A stretch of DNA of 63,997 bases, counting the filler, from Jimgerdemannia flammicorona (Eukaryota): NCBI GenBank assembly GCA_003990765.1. It is 3 parts of 3 records of this genome, joined end to end, with 100 filler letters (N's around TTAATTAATTAA, not from the genome) between each part and the next. Parts side by side here need not be neighbours in the genome. Positions count along the whole stretch, not along the records: positions 43,301 to 63,997 come from RBNJ01001606.1; 2 more parts are not named here. One strand, given 5' to 3'. Under the pieces are notes generated by a model that worked only from the letters and a program-made list of their open reading frames with translations, was not told where the DNA came from and ran no database searches. Shown here in pieces: positions 48,527 to 62,557 of this stretch (positions within the stretch are counted from its first letter, which is position 1; every line of letters starts with the position of its first letter). Made by a program: the position numbers and the translations under genes.

Positions 48527-50794
48527 TCTTGTTCAGCAGCCAGTGGCTCGAGGAGCAAGAGGCGAGGGATGGTTTCTATATAGACAGTTGATAATGATTC
48601 GCATGTGATTCCCGATCTGGAATCTAGCGGGTGCCATAGCCCCTTATCACGGGCTGATCAAATCATTTCACATGCATGCAACACAAACACATGCCAAATA
48701 CGAACACTGTCCAACTATCAACCGCACACCGTGAATCGTGACCATATATATACTCCTGAGTGCTCGTTATGCAGCATTTCTCTCTTCCGTTGACGTCATC
48801 AGATACTTTAGTATCTTTCAACTGTTTGTTTCAACGATTTATATCCTGTCCCACCGCGCCACCAGCGACCCGCGGCATCATTTTTCCCCCCGAGCATCCG
48901 CGATGTTCGTGAGTCCAAACACGCCGCATGCAGGTACGCCTTACATCGACTGTCAAGCGTCTACCCAAACATGCGGGCTCGAAATTTTCTAGCAATGATG
49001 CAGGACCCGTCTAGTCGCCGACTGTCCAGGCCGTGGCATGATATCTTAAAGCCGGGGTCGCCAATTCTAAGAGGAGGGGTTTTTTTTTTTTGGGATCCCG
49101 CAACGAGATAACGCTCCGTCTTCTACCGACCACGAAGCGAAACGAAACAAACCGAACAAAAACAAAACGGACCCGTTGAACGTGCACTCTGAGACCCGCG
49201 GCTTCAAAAACCACAAACGCCCGGAACCAGGCCTTTTGCGGAGTCACGGGGCCACGCCAAATGTAAAGATGTAACCTTCCCCACATTGCGCAACCAAGCG
49301 TGTGCAACCAAGCGTGTGCACAACGCTTTGATACATCGTCCTGCCAACTGCACATGGCGGCTGTGCTTGGGAAAGCGGAAAACTCACTCATCCGTCATTG
49401 ATTCCGTCCGTGCGCACGATAGACGCACAGGCCCGCGGGGACGCCTTTTGGGGCATATCTAATCAAACCAGCTCGAGGTATTTTTGACTGCCCGCCGGAT
49501 AAGCATGTGCAGATGCATGGCGTTTCCCCCCCTTCCCGTGGCTCCCGCGCAAAAGGGTCGGGGCGGGACATGTTTATTTTGAAATGAGCGGCGTGGTGTG
49601 TCATAGTGCAGGTTCCCGGTTTGGAGTGCACCGATAATATGGGGTATTTGTTGATTGAGCGGAACCGTAAGCACGCGAGTTTCTTAATTTCGTGAGGCAG
49701 GGTCGGAGACTATCTTGGACGTTTGATACGTGGTGTGCTTGATAGATATTGGAGACAATATTTCGGACCCAGTGTCATATTAATTGTGGGTTTGAACAGC
49801 TCCAAATATTATGGTCGCGAAGCAATCATGTGGGCATCGCGAAAAGGGAAATTTTTTACGAGCCGCTCTCGCGCCTTCTTGCAGCCCACTTATGCAAGTG
49901 ACCCAACAAAAGGGATGGGGCGTCCAAACACGTTCAAACGCCCGCCTACAAAATAACCATGTCGCCGGCGGTGAATATCTATTAAAAGGATTGAGAAAGG
50001 CCGACGCTATTTTATCAGTCGCTCAACATTCCATCCCACCATAGCTTAAACCATAGGCACGTGACATGTGAAGTTCAAAATTCAATTAGCATATTAGTAT
50101 TAGATATGATTTAAATGTAAATATCATTATAACATTAAAATTTTGTGTTGTCTAGTAAGCTCAATAGATGCTTGGTGTCTAGCAGTTTGAAGTTTATAAT
50201 TTTGAGTAATGTTTTTATAAATATTAAAAGTAAAAAACTTAAAGATAAAGAAAAAAAATATTAAAGTAAAGAAAAGATCAGCAAAGTAGACTCAAGATAT
50301 CATACTGACCTCTGGACAACAAATCTATCACCTCTCTACTTATATCAAGAATAATAAATTTACTCAAAATATATATTTTTTCTCTTTAAGTAATTTTTTT
50401 CTTTATTAAAATATAAATTAATAAAGTTAGTCTTTAATAATAATTACAAACTTTTTACTATCAAGATTAAATATGAGTAAGTTTATTAAATACTTAATTT
50501 ATAATAGAAGAATTTTATTTTATTAAACAAATCTATAATATTATATAAATTTATATTTTTAATTAATTAATATTTTATATATATTATATAAAGAAATAGT
50601 ATTTTAAAAACTAATTACTTTAGTTAAATTTCTTTATATATAAATATAACTTATAAGAAATAAGATTTTAGAATATTTATCTAATCTATAAAAAAATAAC
50701 TTTACTAATTTATAATAATAATATATATTTTATATATTATTTTACTTTAATGATCTATTTTTATTATATAAATCTATTTTTATATTCTATCTAT

Positions 50795-52345
50795 TTTTTT
50801 GTTTTATTTTATAGACTCAGAGTCTTATAGATTTTTATTGGAAGAGAATCTAGACTATATAGGCCAAAACTCTCTCTTATTACTTATTGAGTACTACTCT
50901 TTTATTAAATCTAAACTAGCTATTATCTAATAGCTCAACCATACTAGGTATAGTAGGACCTAATATGGCCTATATCTTATTCTACATATCTCATTCTACA
51001 TACTATGCTCTCTCTATTACTAGAGAGAACTCAGCCATATGCTAATAACTAAGCATATATCCAAAACCCCCAATATATATATAAGACTATATCTGAGCTA
51101 AATAAAATAGTTCCTACTACTCTAAGTAGAATAATAGGTAAAAAAAAAATCCTTCTCAAGATATAGAATAGTAGATAGGATCTAGTTCTTTTAAGTAAGA
51201 TAAGTAGAGGACTTATATAAAGTAGAAGAAGACTCCAATACTCTATTACTCAAGCCTGTAGGTCTAGTGCTCCCAATGAATCAAATTGAATCGAATTTGG
51301 TCCAAACTCAATTCAATTTGATCAAATCAAGAGTCCAATTTGATTCAATTCGAATCAAATCAAAGGTCCAATTTAATTCAAAGTTCGATTTGAACCTTAA
51401 TTTTCAAAATGTAATAACTTGACGAAAACTCATCCAAATTTAACATATTTTAGCTTGTTAGATTCACTGTATCAATGTGATTCTAACAAGCTAAAGTACA
51501 TTAGATTTGGATGAGTTTATGCTGAGTTATTGCATTTTGAAATTTAGAGTTTGAATTAGACCCTCAATTCGATTTGATTCAAATTGATTCAACTTGTTTG
51601 GGAGCACTATATAGGTCTCAATCATATTGCTATATTAGTTCTCAATTCTAGTTAAGTACAGTCAAGATATCTGACCTAGGTAACCTCAGACCCCTCAGCT
51701 ACTCTCAATGACTAGAACTCAACTCTATAAATTACCAAAAGTAGCTAAGAGTAATACTTATTATCTAACTACTCTATACTAATCAAAAGGTTCTACAAAA
51801 GTAGTATCTACTCTAGCCCCAATAATCACCCCAGTCTGGTACTCCACTAGTCTACCATAATTGCCCTTCTGCTTATCTGTGATAGCCATCTTCTCTCTCA
51901 TCTCAACTCTATCTAAAAAGCAGTCACTTATGCCAGAACTATACTCACCAAGAAGCTCACCAAAGCTCAGAGGATCTCACTACAGATACTGAAGACCTGT
52001 AGATAATATATACTAGTACTTGATACTCAAGGTTAGCTAACTTTATATATAGCTCATAATATACCAGATGATATCTTATTGATGATAATAAAAGAAAAAA
52101 AACATTATACCAAAATGAGTATACTCTAAATATAGTCAAAGATACTAGAAATAGAGAAAAAATAGAAAAGATACTGATCTGATATTAATAAAGAGATATG
52201 TAACTTATCACTATTACCTCTCTTTTACTATATTCTTATAGATACAGCAAACTAATCTGAGATAAAGAGAGTAATAATAGAAGAAAGGGAACTTAGAAAG
52301 TTACCTACCAAATCTTGTGACTAGTAAAGTAGTAGAGAAAGGAGT
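50795..52345 (-). mobile_element. Second, more decayed copy of the 1.2-kb poly(A) retroposon, split by a MITE
   Basis: Colinear reverse match to 3863-5040 from the 5' end to the AATAAA and tail. Confidence 0.88.
51265..51609. mobile_element. hAT MITE, 345 bp
   Basis: TIR TAGTGCTCCCAA / TTGGGAGCACTA; 8-bp TSD TGTAGGTC / TATAGGTC; internally palindromic. Confidence 0.93.
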
Positions 52346-52623
52346 CAATTTTTATTCTATTTATATCTATAGTTAGTATATATAAATAAAAATAATTAAA
52401 ATTATATTATTTCTAATTTCAAAATAAAATAAAAAATATATATCTTTTTTTTACTTTATAAGATTATAAATTATTATTATATTAAAACTTATATTAATAA
52501 TAAAATAAATACTATTCTTTAAGTCTTATAAGTATATATTTCTTAAGATAGTAATATATTATATAAATTTTATAAGAAGTTTAGTTTAAAAAAAAAAAAA
52601 AAAATGATAAAGTGAAAATAATT

Positions 52624-52890
52624 ATTGTATGTTAATAGAATTAATATATTATAAATAATTAATAGTAACTATTAGCTTTAAGTTCTGAGTTCTTGAGAAA
52701 GTATTGAGTTCCAGTTATCTAAGATAGTAGAGTCCAAGTATTACTTTCAGTTCTAATACTAATAGAAATGATCATACTTATATTCTAAGTTGATCAGGCT
52801 TGAAATTATTAATAAGTTAGATCTGAGAGATTTCTATAGTAAGAATACTACTTTATTCTTATATTTAGAGAAAGTAGAGCTGAGGTTACA
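52624..52890 (-). repeat. Decayed family D LTR
   Basis: Starts TGTAACCTCAG and aligns with 2943-3240. Confidence 0.7.
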
Positions 52891-54081
52891 ATATACTTAG
52901 TATAGAGAGTATTTATATATATTTTAAGGCTATAACTAAATATAGTATACTAGATATATATATATAGTTATTCTACTTTGGGTAATAATAACTACTAGTT
53001 AGAAATTTTATAGGAATTTTTATAGAAATTTCAGAGACTTATAATAATTCATTATATTCTTCCTTTCTTTGCTTAAGTCTACTTATTAGACTCAGTACTA
53101 AACTTTAGGTATTTATCAAACTAGAGAGCAGTGTATTAGACTACTTAAAAAATAATCTCACTCTATTTATTTATTACTCAAATTAATAATATTCTCAGAG
53201 AATACTCTATAAAGATAGTTGAGAACTTGGGGTCTGGTGCAGAAAAGAACATAGAGTTATTTGGCAACTATGTAAGTATAGTTGTCAATGAAGAGATAGA
53301 CTTATTGCTTAGCAGCACTGAGAATAGCTTGTTAATAGATAAGATATCCTATCTTATAGTACTTCTTAAGTTCTTATTGATAGTAGAAAGTCTAGAAATA
53401 TTGTATTCTTCTAAGATATTACTGGGCTTTATTCAGATCAGAGTCTTTAGAGATATATATATTGACAGATAGTAGTTCAGTAAAGTTCTATTAGTATTTA
53501 AGTACTCTAAGGACTATAGTAGTAATTTTGTTCTTAACTTATTCTTAGTATCATTACTAGATACTCATATTAGAGATTGGGTTATCTATATATGTAAGAT
53601 TGTTTCAGGATATTTATACTTCTTTTTATTAGGGTTATTTAGAGATATAACTATTCTTTGGAAATTCTATTAGAATTTTCATTATACTAGATATCTGTAT
53701 TGAATTACTACTTCTTCTATATTTGGCAAAAGATTGTCTTCTTTTTTCCAGTCTTATACTTCTTCATCTTTATCATTGATATTCTTGATTTTCTTATCTC
53801 ATCATTCTGAGATACTTGGCTTGTACTTTTTAGATTCAAGAACACATATAATATATTCTTCTATATGTTCAAAATAGTATATCTTAATTCTGTAAAAATA
53901 TTATTCTATAGGGGTATATATATCTATTAGTAATATATTGATACTATTTCTGGTCCTAATCTTAAAGTTCTTTAATATATTAAGAAAAAAAGACTTCAGT
54001 TTGCATTTACTAGTTTGTATTTGCAGTTGATCAGATTCATATTATTTAATATAGTTTAAGTTTATAGCTATTTAGTTTATA

Positions 54082-57000
54082 CAGTAAGAGATAAAAATAG
54101 GCCAATGTTATATAATTATTACTTTATAAATTTATTATAATTTAAATATAAATATTATTAAATTAATATTTTAGCTAATGTAATGATGACTTCAGAATAA
54201 TGATATCAATATAGGAGACAGCCTTTCCTTGTAAGCCACCAGATCAGAGCACAAGAAGATCATATAGTATATGAGATGAGCAATGATGACCAACTGTGAG
54301 TCATTGTGACCACAGTACAAGCATCCTGAAAAATATAAAAGAAGGATCAAGGAACTACAGTAGTAGCAACTAACAAGAACCACCAATCCCAAAATAGCTC
54401 AAAGACTTATCACAAATGAAATGTCTGCTGCCTGCCAAATCTCAAGGTCAAGAAATCACCAAGATATCTTGGTTGAGGAAAGAATGTTCCAAGACATCAG
54501 AAGAGCCATGGAGACCCACTCAAGAAGGACTCCTAGTATCCACCTGGGTACTGCAGACCCTTATCACTTCATTCTCTACTGCTGTGAAATAGAAACAAGG
54601 ATCACCATTGCTACTGAATGCCTCCAAATGTGGCAGAAGTATGAAATAGGAAACTTCCTCTGCCAGGAGTTCCCACAGGCCAGCACCCAAGAGTTACAAG
54701 ACATCACTTCTATGGATATATATGAAATGAGGACTATAAGATCTTGGGAAGGCACTCTAATAAGAACTTGCTTATAACAAACTTGAGTTAGTCTAAGAGA
54801 TATACTTTGAAGAGAATCTGATGTATTTGAAGAACTCAGTGATCACTACATGATAACTTGGTGCCCATTGGCTGGTGATTCAAGACAAATCTCTTACTTT
54901 CAAGCTGAAAAACAAACAACCTTCACAATAACTACTCTGACTACAAGAGTCACCCCTGCAAGAATTCAAGATAAGATAGAAATGCATTCCCCCACATTCT
55001 ATGGATATACTACTGAAGAGTCAATCCTGACCTTCATTGAAGACTTTGAACAATTTGTCACCATATGAGCTCTTGGTGTGGATGCTCAATTGGTCCTTCC
55101 ACTAGTCAGCCTCAGAGGACCTGCTAGAGACAAGTTCAATGCAGCCACCATTGCTGATGCTGGTACAGCCAAACTTGCCAACATGAAGGTCTTCCTCAGA
55201 ATAATATATTATACTGAAGAGATCAAGCAAGCTCTCAAGGATCAACTCAATACTATCTGCCAGGGACTTAGTGAAGATCCCAACTCATTCTATACCCAAA
55301 TTTGCTACCAGATTGTCTTGGCTGGCTATGATGACTGCCTTAAGGAACAAATAGTGGATTCAACCTTCCTCAAAGGAGTTCATCCTGAAATTGCCCTAGA
55401 AATCTAGTCTACCCCAGCTACACTGACCCTTGATCAGAAAGTGGTCTTTGCACAGAGATATTGGACTGCCAGACATCCTGCTGAACACTCAATGGAGAAA
55501 ATAACTGGTATCAAGATAGAGCTATCAAAGCTAACTAGTATCTTATCTGCCACAGTTGTAAACAGACAACCAATCCCACCTACCTCCAAGATAGCTAAAG
55601 CTGATCCAGTGGAAGAATTCACCAAGTAGTTTGCTGAGATGACTGCACACCTTGGTGATGTTGTTAGAGAGGTCCAAAGTGCTAACAGAAGACCAGTGCA
55701 GAGATTTGCAGCTGCTACAGAAGAATACAATATCATATGCTTCAGATGTAGAGAAGAAGGCCACTATGCAAAGAGTTGCATGATCAAAACAAGATGTAAA
55801 GCCCAACCAAGTAATGCTAGCAGAACCAGAGAACAAACCAATGCAGTAGTCATTGAGGAGATTGGTGACACTGATGATGAAGAATACTATGAGGAGCTCA
55901 AATTCTACCCTGCTACTGAAGATACCAGAACCCGGTCCAAGCCCTATGATAAGAAGAGCAACAGCAAGCCAGTTGGAAGACCAAAGAAGACCCCAGCTAT
56001 CACCATTCAAAGCAAGACTCAACCCAAGAAGATTGATCAAGACATGGAGTTAGACAAAGCTGCCTGCTAAATCATAGAAGGCACTACTCCAGTCTCAGGT
56101 GAAAGTGAAAGCAAGAAGGAACAGAAGCTGCACAAGACCAAGATCCATCAGTATGACATCTACAAGGACCTCAAGAAACAGAAGGTCAATGCCACTTTTG
56201 GACAGCTAGCTGAAGTCCCTGCCTTCAGACAGCAGTTGAGAGTAGGACTTGTAACTACTGCCAAGAATCAAGAGTACAAGATTGTAGAAGCTCACAATGT
56301 ACAGGAAGAATCTGAGAACTCAGGTAAAGAATCTGAAGACTAGTGCAAGACATCAGCCTATACTCCCTGCCAGATCAAAGATTGTATCTTTGATGCCATC
56401 ATTGATACTGGTGCTGGAGGATATCTCATGAGTAAGAAGACAATTGACCACCTAGGTTGGGATATTAAAGAGTCCACCAAGATGGTCTATATTACAGCAG
56501 ATGGTACACAAGCTACCCCCCTTGGCAAAATCTGAGAAGTCCCCATCAAGATAGGAGGAGCTACCATCCCAGTAGACATGATTGTTACAAGTACCACTAA
56601 CTATGACATCCTCATTGGCAACCAATGGCTTCACAAGGCCAAGGCCATCATTGACCTCAATGTTCAGAAGATGCAGATCAACTACAGAGAGAGAAAGGTA
56701 TGAGTCTCTATCAATGTCCACAAAGGAGTCCTACTAGATATGGAGGAAGGAGATGAAGAAGACACAGAGGTCTTCATGCACTCAGTGAACAAGAACAAGA
56801 GCAAGACACCCAAGCTCACAGATGAGTAGTGGTACAACAAGATTATCAATGGCTATGCCCCTCAAGAAAGATGCCCCCATGGTACTAGAATATACTGCTC
56901 CGAATACCTAAATGACTACTAGTCCTATATCAGTGAAGTTAGGAAAATCTGCCAACAGAAATATAAGCAAGAAGCCGCTGAAGCAAAAAGGAAAGCTAAA

Positions 57001-60000
57001 GAAGATGACCAGCTCCCAGAGCTTCAAGCTGACAGTGACAATGAGGAGGAACAAGAATCAGACATTACCCTCAAAGTCAAGAAGTTTCACCCTGAAGCCA
57101 AGATCTCAGAATATAAGACTGAAGGAGCCATAGGAATGGACCTTGCCAGCATTCAAGATGCTACCATCAAACTACAGACCACCATCCTACTTAGCACTGG
57201 AATTGGAGTCAAGTTACTAGAAAACTATGCCAGAATTATCAAGACCAGGAGCAGTCTGGCCAAAAGTGAAATCTCAGTTGAAGGAAGAGTAATTGACCCT
57301 AATTATACTGGCAAGATCTTTCTCATAGTCAGAAATCACAACTACACCACCCCCTTCGAAGTCAAGAAGTATGACAGGATTGGCCAGATACTGATCTACG
57401 AAATCAAGAAGCCCAAGATCATAGAAGCCATCAAACTCATCAAGATCAAGAGAGGAGAACAAGGCTTTGGATCTACTGGAAGAGGAGCTTATACTGCCAC
57501 TAAGATTACCAAACTTGAGCACAAGAAAGACAAGACCAGAACAAGCACACATATATCATTGGAGAAAACTTTCCCCTGGAGGAACAACTTCTCAAGATCC
57601 TGTACCAGAATGAAGGAGTACTTGCTACAGACTTTAGGGATATCCACAATCAAGAGCCCAAGTACTACTATGAAGTTGACACCAGTGATACTAAGCCTAT
57701 CTATCAGAAAGCCAGACCCATACTACTTGCCTACAGAGAGTGGCTGCGAGCCAAACTCAAGGAAATGGAAGAAGCCGGAATCATCAAGCAAGCTATCAGC
57801 CCCTGGGCCTCACCCATTGTTCTAGCCCCGAAGAAAGGAAGCAAGCCTGGAGAGTTTGTACTAAGACTCTGCATTGATTATAGGAAACTCAATGTCATTA
57901 CCAAGAAGGATAGGCAGTTCTTGCCAAATATTCAAGAAATCCTTACCACTCTTGGAAGCAAAGCCAAATACTACATCACCTTGGATCTGTTCTCAGGCTT
58001 CCATCAAATTGATCTCACTCAAGATGCCAGTGAGAAATCAGTCTTCATCACACCTGATGCCATCTATATCTATCTGTGAATACCATTTGGAATGTGCAAT
58101 GTCCCAGTAAGTTTCTAGCAAATAATGAACAGAGTCTTTAGCAACAAGATTGGAAAATAGCTCTTTGTCTATATTGATGATGTGATCATCTTCAGCAATA
58201 CTGCACAGGAATATGTCAATTACATACAGCTAGCCCTCAAGAGGCTCAAGGAGTATGGCCTCTACATCAAGCCCAAGAAATGCAAGTTTGCAGCTCAAGA
58301 AATCACCTATCTAGAATATCTCATCAACCAGACTGAAATCCACATAAACCCCATGAAGATTGAGGCTATTGCAGCCTACCCAAGACCCAGAACAACTATA
58401 GAAGTCCATGCCTTCCTTAGACTGGCCAGCTACTACAGAAGATTCATCAAAGGATACTCCAACATTACAGTACCTATCTATGAGCTACTGAAGGAGACCA
58501 AATTTGAATAAATCAAGGAGTACTAAGAAATCTTCAATGAACTCAAGATCAGGTTAACCCAAGCACCTATTCTCAGAAGACCAGACTGGAATCTAGAATT
58601 CATCCTGCAGACAGATACAAGTACTATAGGACTTAGAGCAGTCCTAGCTCAGAAGAAAGATAGACATAAATATGTCATCTTCTATGCAAGCCAAGGTACC
58701 CATAGAGCAGAACAGAACTATGAGTCATGCAAGCTTGAATACTTAGCAGTAGTCTGGGCAGTAGACAAGTTCCACTACTACCTAGCCAGGAAATACTTTA
58801 CCATTCAAACAGACCATTCTGCTCTTGCCTGGCTATTCCACACTCTGAACCCCAAAGGAATATACATATGCCAGATGGATCTACAGGCTGCAAGAATATG
58901 ACTATACTGTCAAGCACTGCTTGGAAAAGACCAATACCAATGCTGATGCACTCTCAAGGACACTCCAAAACACTCTCATCAAGATTATTCAACATGAATA
59001 AGGAGCTATACTATGGATTAATCAGCTATCTTGGGCAGCGGAAGATGCCCAACCATCTCAAACCCTGGACAATCACCATCATCAACCGGACTTGAAAACA
59101 GTTTGAATTAGACAACACCACACTCAGAAAAGAAGAAAAGCTAGTAATACCCAAACACAAGAAGTATCAAGTAATAAAGGAAGTACATGAGCAAGGACAC
59201 TTAGGAGGAATCAATATATATGACAAGGCAAGAAGAACCATGTGGTGGCCCAAGATGGAAGAAGACCTGTATCAATTTGTCAAAGAGTATGACAAGTGCC
59301 AAAAACAGAAACAAGATCAGTAAGACCAGATACCCAGGTCATCAAGAATTGAGTCTATCCCCTTCCACCACATCGCAATGGATATCATTGGATCACTACC
59401 AGTGATACTATCAGGAAACTGCTATATTATAGTTATTGTAGACCTCTTCACCAAATGGATAGAGGCAGGAGCATTACAAGAAGCCAATGCCCTCTCTATA
59501 GCCAACTTCCTATACTGAGAAATCATCTGCTGCTACAAGATACCAAAGCAAATCACAACAGACCATATACAGAATTTGTCAATAGATTCTATGAGATAAT
59601 GTATCAGAAATATAAGATCCAGCATATCAAGACTACTGCATACCACCCTCAAGGAAATGGACAGACAGAGAGAACCAACAAGACCCTCAAGAACATTCTA
59701 GCAAAGATCTCAGAGATATATGAGAATTGGGATAACTATCTTCCAACCACTCTCTCTGTCCTATGAGACATACAGTCACAGAGCACACACTTTACCCCAA
59801 GAGAGCTGCTCTTTGGAGAAGAAGATTCTGATGGAACCTCAGCTACAAATCTAGACCTAACTTGGAGATAGATTGATGCAGAAATCTGAAGACTACACCA
59901 AATCAGGAAGAAGGCTGAAGATTACATCACTAAGTCACAAGTGCTGATAAGAAAGAATGTAGAAAAGAATCATAAGGCCCTAAAACCCATCTGAATCAGA

Positions 60001-62557
60001 GAAAAGGTTCTACTGTATCAAAATATAGTAGAAGTCTCATAGTTACAAAAACTAGAGCCCAAATGGGAAGGACCCTTCTACGTGCAAGATATTAAGGGAA
60101 CTACCTTCTGGCTTAGAAAAATCTCAGGGACTATACTGCCTACCATAGTATATAGGAATAGACTCAAGAAGTACCATGAACCTATACAAGAGAAGTAAAA
60201 AATGATGACTGCTCATGAGGTTCTAGTCCATGAATTGTAACAGCATGTCCCATGACCAGCAGGCTATCTGTCTGGACCATTCTCTAAGAGATACAGCACT
60301 GGCAACTACTCATCTATGAGACTTTTGAAGTCAGAGGAGTTTGAACCATCAACTGATTGGTCAAGATCAGAATCAGGCCCTTGCTCTATATAAAGGGAGC
60401 AACCCTTCACCATCACACCAAAATATAAAGGGAAGATGCCAGTCCATAAATACCACTTTTTAACCCCTTGCCAGAGGTTATGGGATCAGCAAATTTTTCA
60501 GTACTAGACCAATGAATAAGGATGCTCAGGAAGATTCTTATTTAGGAGGAAGATGTAATAGTGACCCCAGAATGATGACATCAGCACAGGAGATAGCCTT
60601 TCCTTGCAAGCCACCAGATCGGAGTACAAGAAGATCATACAACATATGAGATGAGCAATGATGATCAACTGTGAGTCATTGTGACCACAGTATAAGCATC
60701 CTGAAGAATATAAAAGAAGGATCAAGGAACTGCAGTAGCAGCAACCAACAAGAACCACCAATTCCAAAATAGCTCAAAAACTTACCACAAATGAAATGTC
60801 TGCTGCCCACCAAACCTCAAGGTCAAGGAATCACTAAGATATCTCGGTCGAGGAAAGGATGTTCCAAGACATCAGAAGAGCCATAGAGACCTGCTCAAGA
60901 AGGACTCCTAGTGTCCACCTGGATACTACAGACCCTTATCACTTCATTCTCTACTACTGTGAAATGGAAACAAGGATCACCATTGCTACTGAATGCCTCC
61001 AAATGTGGCAGGAGTACAAAATAGGAAACCTCCTCTGCTGGGAGTTCCCACAGGCCAGCACCCAAGAGCTACAAGATGCCACTCCCATGGATATATGCAA
61101 AATGTGGACTATAAGACCTTGGAAAGGCACTCCAATAAGAACTTACTTATAACAAACTTGAGTTTGTCTAAGAGATACACCTTAAAGAGAATCTGATGTA
61201 TTTGAAGGACTCAGCGACCACTATATGATACTAATAATAAAATAATTATATATCTTTTAGAAAATATAAAATTTATCTATATTTGGTTAATTAATTACAT
61301 AGTTATTACTATTTAAAGTTAAATTAATCATTGATCTATTTTTGTCCCTTACTGTTATTTTAACATTCTTTATGTCATAATTTATTTTATAATAAAGCTA
61401 AATATTTAAAATTTTTTCCATATATTTATTTTGATATTCTCTATCTCTCTATACCATTTTAACTTCTTTTAAATGATGAAAAAGTTGTCTACTAATATCT
61501 GAAAACATATTATCAATAAGTTGAAGTCTGGCAAAAAAAACTAATAAATTACATAATAAATAGGAGTTGATATGGTAACCATGAAACATATATGAATGGT
61601 GGAGTACATTGACGTTGAAAAGCATATGAAATGAGGCTGCCCACATAAGCTTTCCATTCACAATGAGGTATGGGTCATTCATCAATAAGATATGGGTCAT
61701 TTGCCAGATAATAATAGACAAGGCAGATAACAGCAAAACAACTTAAAGATGATGGCAAAGATGATGGTGAAATGTGCATTAGTATTTAGCCCTATGATGA
61801 TGGCATTTATGTGAAAAAAAACCAGGAAAAATGCTTGAGCCACCTCACATAAGTGGTTTGGTGATTGTTTGGTGGTGTATGACATACCATGGTATCCAAT
61901 AGGTGATTGTCATAGGACTAACACTAAGCTATCATCTTTGCCATCATCTTTAAGTTATTTCACCATATCTGCCTTACCCATTGTCACCTGATGAACAACT
62001 CATACCTTATTGATGAATGACCCATACCTCATTGCAAATGGAAAGCTTATGCGGGCAGCCTCATTTCATATGCTTTTCAATATCAACACACTCTGCCATT
62101 TGTATATATTTCATGGTTACTATACCAACCCCTATTTGTTATGCAATCTATTGGTTTTTCTTATCAGACTTCAACTCACTGATGATATGGTTTCAGATAT
62201 CAGTAGACAACTTTTTTATCATTTAAAAGAAGTTAAAATGGTATAGAGAGGTAGAGGATATCAAAATAAATATATAGAAAAAATTTTAAATATTTAGCTT
62301 TATTATAAAATGAATTATGGCATAAATAACATTAAGACAACAGTGAGGGACAAAAATGAGCCAATAATTAATTTAACTTTAAATAGTAATAACTATATAT
62401 TTAATTAACCAAATATAGATAAATTTTATATTTTCTAAAAGATATATAATTACTTTATTATTGGCTAAAATATCAATTTAATAATATTTATATTTAAATT
62501 ATAATAAATTTATAAAGTAATAATTATATAACATTGGCCCATTTTTGTCTCTCACTA
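54082..62557. mobile_element. Tc1/mariner-derived foldback element (~1.4 kb without the Gypsy insertion)
   Basis: TA-flanked CAGTGAGAGACAAAAA-type ends; arms 54082-54178 + 61235-~61800 and ~61905-62557 are inverted copies; each encodes a Tc1 N-terminal HTH ending in a decayed GRPRKLS. Confidence 0.85.
54179..61230 (+). mobile_element. Full-length Ty3/Gypsy family B copy 2 with 677-bp LTRs (54179-54855, 60554-61230) and 4-bp TSD CTAA
   Basis: PBS, CFRCREEGHYAKSC, IIDTGAGG, dUTPase (GRVIDPNYTG, RGEQGFGSTG), YIDDVII, integrase, KWEGPF, PPT AGGAGGAAGA. Confidence 0.97.

Noticed and set aside
52890..54080. AT-rich decayed TE-like sequence
   Set aside because: Too mutated to assign a family by eye
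60196..60560. In-frame fusion of integrase to the LTR ORF
   Set aside because: The frame matches, but several stops are shared by both family B copies, so continuity cannot be supported
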